Assembly (NCBI GenBank): GCA_964535235.1
Contig: CAZHSK010000002.1
Coordinates: forward strand, 9,755-41,753
Direction of reading: 5' to 3'
DNA from: an uncultured Treponema sp.
GTDB taxonomy: Bacteria; Spirochaetota; Spirochaetia; Treponematales; Rectinemataceae
Length of the DNA: 31,999 bases
A model generated the notes under the pieces. The model worked only from the letters and a program-made list of their open reading frames with translations. It did no database searches and was not told the DNA's origin. Each line of letters starts with the position of its first letter. The stretch's first letter is position 1. Positions 26,264 through 31,999 of the stretch are shown here, in pieces. A program made the translations under genes and the position numbers.

Positions 26264-28012
26264 ATGCGACAGGCACAACGTACCGCAAAGACTCCAGTTT
26301 CCGCCTTAGGGACATTACTTATCCAGCTTACTCCGGCTCTTTTTAAGACCATCGCCCAAGGCTATGGGAAAAAAGACTTCCGCAAGGATCTCACGGCCGG
26401 CATAACCGTGGGCGTCGTCGCCCTGCCTTTGGCCATGGCCTTTGCCATAGGCGCTGGCGCAAGCCCGGCTCAGGGTCTGTACACTGCTATCATCGCAGGC
26501 TTTGTCATCGCACTCTTCGGCGGCAGTTTTCACCAAGTATCGGGGCCAACCGGGGCCTTCGTGGTGATCATCGCCGACATCATCGCCGTCCACGGCATGG
26601 CGGGCCTCCAACTGGCTACCCTCATCGCCGGCCTCCTTTTGATATTCATGGCGGTCTCGGGACTGGGCAGCATCATCAAGTTCATTCCCTATCCCGTCAC
26701 CATAGGATTTACCACGGGCATAGGCGCCACAATTTTTGTTGGCCAGCTGAAAGACCTCTTCGGCATGAGCATTCCCAAGCCGGCTCCTGAATTCTTTGAA
26801 AAAATCGCCCAATACTTCGAGTACGCATCCAGTACCAACCTCTACGCCCTGGGAGCCGGGCTTTCCACAATTGGGATCATCATTCTTGTGCGCAGACTCC
26901 TTCCCAAGATCCCCGCGGCCGTAACCGCCGTCACCATCGTCACCCTGGCCTCCTTTATTCTCCAGCTTCCCCTGGAGACCGTGGGCTCCAAGTTTGGCGC
27001 TCTGCCCAAAGGCTTTCCCGCCCCTCGGCTGCCCTCATTCAATTTCAGCCAGCTTCGCCAGGTTTTTTCCTCGGGGCTTACCATAGCGCTTTTAGCTGCC
27101 ATCGAATCCCTTTTATCAGCCGTCGTTGCAGATGGCATGACTGGCACACGGCATTCATCCTCGGCCGAGCTAAACGCCCAGGGCATGGGCAATCTGGCCA
27201 GCGCCTTCTTCGGCGGAATCCCGGCCACAGGAGCCATAGCCCGAACCGCGACCAACATAAAATCAGGCGCGGTGAGCCCTGTGTCAGCCCTCATCCACTC
27301 CCTCCTCCTTTTACTTTTCGCCCTTTTCCTCGGACCTCTCGTACAAGCCATCCCCCTGGCTACACTGGCTGGCGTGCTTATTGTGGTCGCTGTGGACATG
27401 AGCGAACTCCCTCGCTTCTTTTCCATGAGAAAAGCCCCCAAGAGCGACCTGGCGGTGATGGCCGCTACCTTTACCCTTACCGTGGTTGTGGACCTCACAG
27501 CCGCAGTCCAGGTGGGCGTGCTCCTGGCCATTCTCCTTTTCGTAAAAAGAGCTAGGGACACCAGTGCACTCATTCCCCTGGGACAGGATAAAAAACTGAT
27601 TGAAGAGTATCTAGGCGATACGAACTCCACGTCGGCAGCCGATTTGTTGGATCCCGACATCACCGCGTCGCATGCCATTCTCGAGCGCTGCGAAATCTAT
27701 GAAATCAATGGACCATTCTTCTTCGGTGTGGCCGATATGTTGCAAGACGTTCTAGGCAGTATGGAAAAGTCACCCAAGGTATTCATCCTCCGGATGCGCC
27801 ATGTACCGGCTATAGATGCCACAGGCCTCAACGCCCTTAGAACCTTCGCCAAACGCTGTAAGCACCGCGGCACCACACTCATACTTAGCGGTGTGAGAGA
27901 ACAGCCCGCTCTGGCCATAACCAAGTACGGACTTGCCAAGGACATCGGAGATGAAAACATCTGCCCGACGCTGGATAGTGCCCTGACCCGGGCTAAAACC
28001 TTGCTCGAATAG
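26264..28012 (+). CDS. SulP/SLC26 anion permease with C-terminal STAS domain
   Basis: DLTAGITVGVVALPLAMAFA, GLYTAI, VSGPTGA, AIESLLSA, GGIPATGAIART; STAS motifs INGPFFFG and IDATG. Confidence 0.93.
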   Translation: MRQAQRTAKTPVSALGTLLIQLTPALFKTIAQGYGKKDFRKDLTAGITVGVVALPLAMAFAIGAGASPAQGLYTAIIAGFVIALFGGSFHQVSGPTGAFVVIIADIIAVHGMAGLQLATLIAGLLLIFMAVSGLGSIIKFIPYPVTIGFTTGIGATIFVGQLKDLFGMSIPKPAPEFFEKIAQYFEYASSTNLYALGAGLSTIGIIILVRRLLPKIPAAVTAVTIVTLASFILQLPLETVGSKFGALPKGFPAPRLPSFNFSQLRQVFSSGLTIALLAAIESLLSAVVADGMTGTRHSSSAELNAQGMGNLASAFFGGIPATGAIARTATNIKSGAVSPVSALIHSLLLLLFALFLGPLVQAIPLATLAGVLIVVAVDMSELPRFFSMRKAPKSDLAVMAATFTLTVVVDLTAAVQVGVLLAILLFVKRARDTSALIPLGQDKKLIEEYLGDTNSTSAADLLDPDITASHAILERCEIYEINGPFFFGVADMLQDVLGSMEKSPKVFILRMRHVPAIDATGLNALRTFAKRCKHRGTTLILSGVREQPALAITKYGLAKDIGDENICPTLDSALTRAKTLLE

Positions 28013-28021
28013 CCTAATCTA

Positions 28022-28051
28022 TTGACAAGGCCTGCCGCTTGGGGTTATAAA
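28022..28051 (+). promoter_or_regulatory. Sigma70 promoter of tRNA-Leu
   Basis: TTGACA-18 nt-TATAAA, 14 nt before the tRNA. Confidence 0.65.
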
Positions 28052-28065
28052 TCCGCCTATCCAAT

Positions 28066-28147
28066 GCGGCGATGGTGGAATTGGTAGACACGCTAGCTTG
28101 AGGTGCTAGTGCCGAGAGGCATGGAAGTTCAAGTCTTCTTCGCCGCA
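28066..28147 (+). tRNA. tRNA-Leu (anticodon GAG), CCA not encoded
   Basis: Acceptor GCGGCGA/UCGCCGC, D-loop GGAAUUGGUAGAC, anticodon stem CUAGC/GCUAG with loop UU-GAG-GU (28100-28102), long variable arm, T arm GGAAG-UUCAAGU-CUUCU, discriminator A followed by ACA. Confidence 0.96.
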
Positions 28148-28174
28148 ACACAGTAAATGGCAAGGGATATGCCG

Positions 28175-28262
28175 AAAAGAAACGGGCAGTATCAGGCCGG
28201 AGCTGGAAAAGTGAACAACCACTTTTTTAGATTTCTGGGTTTGTACAAGCCCGTTTTTATTT
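28175..28262 (+). other. Long G.U-rich RNA hairpin after tRNA-Leu (extended terminator or small structured RNA)
   Basis: About 32 pairs around an AACAAC loop, six of them G.U, followed by a U-rich tract. Confidence 0.55.
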
Positions 28263-28336
28263 GCTCGCTTCTGTGCCTGACACCTTCACCAGCTAGCCTC
28301 CTGGCCTAATGTCAGCGAAAGCTGTACTCTGTAAAA

Positions 28337-29272
28337 ATGAGTATGTACCGCTACAGCGCAGCACCATCCATCCAGAGCATAGTATTTGAGAAATTTCTCT
28401 GGGCTGCGAGGGTGAAATCCATCTCCCTCCCGCCTGAAAAGGAATTTAAAAAACGGGACTACTCCAGGGCCTTGATCAGTCCCTCGCCCCCAGAATACCT
28501 CAAACTGAGGGTCGATATACAAAGCGAAGCTTTCAACACCATGAACCTGTTCATATTGGAACCGAAGGATACTCAGCCTTGCCTAACAATCCTGTATCTT
28601 CATGGCGGTTCCTACCTCTACAATGCCACAAGACCGCATTGGCGTTTCCTGACAAAACTCGTCGAATCGGCGAACTGCCGAGTCATCGCGGCGGATTATC
28701 CACTGGCGCCAGAGCACAGTTATGCCGATGCGTATAGACTTCTCGTGCCCTACTACAAAAAGCTCTGTGCTCAAGTTGGTCCAGACTCCTTGATTCTCAT
28801 GGGCGATTCGGCCGGCGGAGGCTTGAGTCTGGGACTAGCTATGGCCGCACGGGACGAAGGCTTGCCCGCCTGCGCCTCTTTGCTTCTACTCTCGCCCTGG
28901 CTGGATGTCACCATGACCAATCCCTTTATCGAAGCGATCGATCCAGAAGATCCATTCCTCAACGCCCAGGCTTTAAAAGCCGCTGGTCAGGCTTGGGCCA
29001 AAGGCGCCAATCCCCGAAAACCCTGGATCAGCCCTCTCTATGGCAAAGTTGAGGGGCTGCCTCCGATGCATCTTTTTATAGGGACCAAAGATATTCTCCT
29101 GGCCGACGCCCGGCGCTTCCATGAGATCTGTCGCGCCCAAAAAGCCAATCTCAGCTTTTATGAGTATGAAAACATGGTACACGTGTGGATGCTATTGGAG
29201 TTTAAAGAAGGGAAATTGGCGGCGGAGCGCATCGCTGCAATTGTGAATAGCGTCCAAAGCCGCTCCGAATAA
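28337..29272 (+). CDS. Alpha/beta hydrolase, hormone-sensitive-lipase-like esterase
   Basis: HGGS oxyanion motif, DYPLAPEH, GDSAGG nucleophile elbow, SPWLD, GTKDIL, MVHVW. Confidence 0.92.
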   Translation: MSMYRYSAAPSIQSIVFEKFLWAARVKSISLPPEKEFKKRDYSRALISPSPPEYLKLRVDIQSEAFNTMNLFILEPKDTQPCLTILYLHGGSYLYNATRPHWRFLTKLVESANCRVIAADYPLAPEHSYADAYRLLVPYYKKLCAQVGPDSLILMGDSAGGGLSLGLAMAARDEGLPACASLLLLSPWLDVTMTNPFIEAIDPEDPFLNAQALKAAGQAWAKGANPRKPWISPLYGKVEGLPPMHLFIGTKDILLADARRFHEICRAQKANLSFYEYENMVHVWMLLEFKEGKLAAERIAAIVNSVQSRSE

Positions 29273-29274
29273 GG

Positions 29275-31056
29275 CTATTGGGCGTTCTCCACCGCATAAA
29301 CCCAGTATTCATCGTTATGTCCGTCGTCAACCTGATATTCGTCAGGCAGCTGAGCCGCCGAGCTGGAAAAAGCGGGGATAGTAAAATGCTGTATCCCTGC
29401 GGAGTTGAGGGCTAAAGGCTTTTCGGCCGCAGCCTCGGCAGCTGGTGCCTGAACCGCCGTCTTGGATTCCTCGCCGGGATGATCCTTTTTCCATTCATCG
29501 ATGCGCCGGCCCTTCAGAAATTTTTCAGCCACCGAAGGAAAAAGCTCTAGAAGCAAGGCTTCCTTCTCATCCAGGGCCAGGAGGCTTCCACCCGCTTCAG
29601 CCACTGTTGGATTGGGCTGCTTTTTATAATTGGAGGTATCGTAGGGAATCTCTTCCTTGGTGCCGCAGATCTTGAGGCGGAAATCGGGATCCACAGGCCA
29701 GGGGGTCTTGCCGTAAGATCCTTTTACTAGTTCGGCGAAGTTTTTGGATACGTTGGCATAACCATCCTCGCCCTTGATCTTGGATACCACGTAATTTACA
29801 GCCTGAACCCCTACAATCTGGCTAGTCGGAGTAACCAGGGGAGGCACTCCCGCGTCAAGCCGCACAAGGGGAACGGACCTGAGCACCTCTTCCAGGTGCT
29901 GCTCCAGTTTAGCTTCCTTGAGCTGGGCCATCATATTCGTGTACATGCCACCGGGAATCTGGGCCTTCTGAACTATTGCGTCGGGTTCCGGATAGTTGTA
30001 GGCGGCTTCTATTTTCCTGCAGAGTTCCAGTGCCTTGTCCAGTTTTCCTCCCACAGTACATTCCAGGGCATCGTCGTACATTCTGTTGAGCTCGGGGCTC
30101 GGGCTGTACTTCGTGAGATCCACTACCGGCGGGAATTTCTTGTACTGATCATAGACAGCCAACTCTCCACGTATTTCCCTGAGCTGTGTATCTATCTTGG
30201 CTACTGCCGCATTGTCCACACCCGTATCCAAACCCAGTTTGTCCGCGAATATGCGGATGATCTCGTAGCCGGGGGCAGCCGGCCCGCCGGAGAATGACAG
30301 AATCGCCGTGTCGACTATATCGGCACCGTTCACCATAGCCGCCAGAATACTGGCCACTCCATACCCCGGAGTGCAATGGGTATGCAGATCTATGGGTACT
30401 CCCACCTCGCTCTTGAGGGCTTTAATGAGGCTGGCCGAGCGATGCGGATCTATGAGGCCGGCCATGTCCTTTATGGTTATCATGTCGGCGCCCAAGGCTT
30501 CCAATGCCTTGGCTTTTTCCACAAAGTATCTGATGTTGAAAATGTCCGAAGGAAGTTTCTTGCCCGACAGGAATGCTCTTAGTTTCTCCCCGCCCGTGAA
30601 TTTGGGATCGACGGTGTAGCAGACCGCGCAATCGGCTAATCCTCCGGCTTCCTTCACGAAGCGAATGGAGGACTTCATGTTCTCTATATCGTTCAGGGCA
30701 TCGAAAATGCGCATTATATCGATGCCCGATCGGACTGCGTTTTTACAGAATCCTTCTATGACCGAATCGGGATAGGGGTTGTAGCCAAAGAGATTTCTTC
30801 CCCTCGAAAGGGCCGTGAGCTTGGAGGATTCGCCAACACCCCGCTTTATCGATTCCAGTCTGTCCCAGGGGCTTTCGTTGAGATAGCGCATCACCGAATC
30901 GGGCACCGCTCCGCCCCAGACTTCCATGGCATAGAAATGGGCTTTCCTATAAAAAGGAAGCACCTTGTCCACCTGAGCCTGGCTCATCCTGGTGGCAAAC
31001 TGCGATTGCTGTCCGTCCCGAAGAGTCAGATCCCGTATCTTCAATGTATGCTTCAT
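29275..31056 (-). CDS. Carboxyltransferase subunit (oxaloacetate decarboxylase alpha / pyruvate carboxylase B / transcarboxylase 5S-like) without biotinyl domain
   Basis: LRDGQQS, EVWGGA, RIFDALND, IKDMAG, HTH, QIPGGM, LVTPTSQIVG. No MKM biotinylation motif. GGAGG SD. Confidence 0.88.
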   Translation of the reverse strand: MKHTLKIRDLTLRDGQQSQFATRMSQAQVDKVLPFYRKAHFYAMEVWGGAVPDSVMRYLNESPWDRLESIKRGVGESSKLTALSRGRNLFGYNPYPDSVIEGFCKNAVRSGIDIMRIFDALNDIENMKSSIRFVKEAGGLADCAVCYTVDPKFTGGEKLRAFLSGKKLPSDIFNIRYFVEKAKALEALGADMITIKDMAGLIDPHRSASLIKALKSEVGVPIDLHTHCTPGYGVASILAAMVNGADIVDTAILSFSGGPAAPGYEIIRIFADKLGLDTGVDNAAVAKIDTQLREIRGELAVYDQYKKFPPVVDLTKYSPSPELNRMYDDALECTVGGKLDKALELCRKIEAAYNYPEPDAIVQKAQIPGGMYTNMMAQLKEAKLEQHLEEVLRSVPLVRLDAGVPPLVTPTSQIVGVQAVNYVVSKIKGEDGYANVSKNFAELVKGSYGKTPWPVDPDFRLKICGTKEEIPYDTSNYKKQPNPTVAEAGGSLLALDEKEALLLELFPSVAEKFLKGRRIDEWKKDHPGEESKTAVQAPAAEAAAEKPLALNSAGIQHFTIPAFSSSAAQLPDEYQVDDGHNDEYWVYAVENAQ

Positions 31057-31154
31057 CCTGGAATTCCTCCGGAATATATTCTATCCTTCATCTACAACAA
31101 GTATACCGTCAGGGTCAAGTTTCGAAAAGGAGGCCGTAAAATGCCCCTTTTCTT

Positions 31155-31183
31155 TTGACAGAATAGTCCTTTTAGGCTAGAAT
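31155..31183 (+). promoter_or_regulatory. Sigma70 promoter of the ferredoxin/2-oxoacid oxidoreductase operon
   Basis: TTGACA-17 nt-TAGAAT. Confidence 0.75.
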
Positions 31184-31313
31184 AAAAAGACATGCCGCAT
31201 TTCCAGGATCCTCGAGCCATATCGCTCCGCAGTCTCGGCATCGCGGGGTCTTAAGGCGGGACTGTCCGTGCCATTAGGTCCGGACGCGGCTCATCAACGT
31301 CACAGAGCAGGAT

Positions 31314-31589
31314 ATGGCTGAACAAAAAAAGGGCTATTTCCACGTTATCCGGGAGAAGTATTGTAAGGGCTGCGGCATTTGTGTCGCCTTCTGTCCCAAG
31401 CAGCTTCTCGTATTAAAAAATGGCAAGGTCTTTCCCGAGAGACCGGAAATCTGCATAGGCTGCAGGATGTGCGAATTCCGCTGCCCTGACTTCGCTATCG
31501 CAATCACACCACTCGAGGACGATAAAAACCATGTCAAGGATGTGAGTTCTATCGACCTCAGCCTTCCTCCGGAGGCCCACCATGGCTGA
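31314..31589 (+). CDS. 2x[4Fe-4S] ferredoxin (KorD/delta-subunit type)
   Basis: CKGCGICVAFCP and CIGCRMCEFRCP. Confidence 0.93.
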   Translation: MAEQKKGYFHVIREKYCKGCGICVAFCPKQLLVLKNGKVFPERPEICIGCRMCEFRCPDFAIAITPLEDDKNHVKDVSSIDLSLPPEAHHG

Positions 31590-31999
31590 AAACGCAAAAT
31601 TGATGCAAGGCAACGAAGCCTGCACGATGGGCGCCATCGCTGCCGGCCTCCAGTTCTTTGCAGGCTATCCCATAACCCCATCCACCGAAATAGCGGAGAT
31701 GTGCTCCGAGGAACTGCCCAAGTTCGGCGGCAAGTTCATACAGATGGAGGATGAGATAGGCTCCATAGCCGCCTGCATCGGGGCATCCCTCACGGGCAAG
31801 AAGGCTATGACCGCCACCTCGGGTCCCGGTTTTTCTCTCATGCAGGAATCCATCGGCTACGCCAGTCTCTGCGAAATCCCCGTGGTCATCGTCAATGTCC
31901 AGCGAATGGGACCCTCCACCGGAATGCCCACCAGCCCTGCCCAGGGCGATATCATGCAAGCCCGCTGGGGCACTCATGGCGACCACCAGGTCATAGCCC
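31582..31999 (+). CDS. 2-oxoacid:acceptor oxidoreductase alpha subunit, KorA/OorA type (runs off the window end)
   Basis: Translated by hand from ATG 31582: MQGNEA, FFAGYPITPSTEI, QMEDEIGS, TATSGPGFSLMQE, NVQRMGPSTG. GGAGG SD. Confidence 0.93.
   Translation, partial: MAENAKLMQGNEACTMGAIAAGLQFFAGYPITPSTEIAEMCSEELPKFGGKFIQMEDEIGSIAACIGASLTGKKAMTATSGPGFSLMQESIGYASLCEIPVVIVNVQRMGPSTGMPTSPAQGDIMQARWGTHGDHQVIA

Noticed and set aside
26842-27678. 278-aa minus-strand ORF
   Set aside because: Antisense shadow of the SulP gene; no recognisable domain.
28066-28336. Genomic island integrated at tRNA-Leu
   Set aside because: No integrase and no duplicated tRNA 3' end (att site) in the window; downstream genes look like host metabolism.
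31214-31292. SAM-I riboswitch (GGGACUG resemblance)
   Set aside because: AUC...GAU P1, GCAAC and GUGC elements are not in the required order, and the downstream genes are unrelated to sulfur metabolism.
1-31999. GC-skew switch (G-rich left part vs C-rich rny/SulP region)
   Set aside because: Spot counts on sample lines were explained by gene orientation and C-ending codons; a cumulative skew computation is needed to claim anything.

Overview
About 32 kb of mostly core chromosome from a moderately GC-rich anaerobic bacterium, most likely a free-living spirochaete. This is inferred from the C-Ala-less AlaS, the Treponema-like TetR, the cdaA-cdaR-acpS-truA order and rny-ymdB. Gene order: addA-like helicase (partial, -), addB-like nuclease (-), 1254-aa GH13 protein (-), TetR (+), lytic transglycosylase lipoprotein (-), short asparaginase (+), TetR (+), SDR epimerase (-), alaS (+), hypothetical (-), dxs-folP-cdaA-cdaR-acpS-truA (+), mscS (-), rluD (+), RRM RNA-binding protein (-), rny-ymdB (+), SulP (+), tRNA-Leu(GAG) (+), alpha/beta hydrolase (+), stand-alone carboxyltransferase (-), ferredoxin and 2-oxoacid oxidoreductase alpha (partial, +). 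I saw no integrase, transposase, CRISPR array or defence system. The most interesting signals are non-coding: (1) a ~320-nt structured leader on the RRM gene with an 11-bp helix over its ribosome-binding region; (2) a recurring -10 hexamer 6-8 nt before SD-less ATGs, suggesting frequent leaderless mRNAs; (3) a FadR-like palindrome over the SDR promoter; (4) a ~32-bp G.U-rich hairpin after the tRNA. All RNA structures and promoters were read by eye, not computed.
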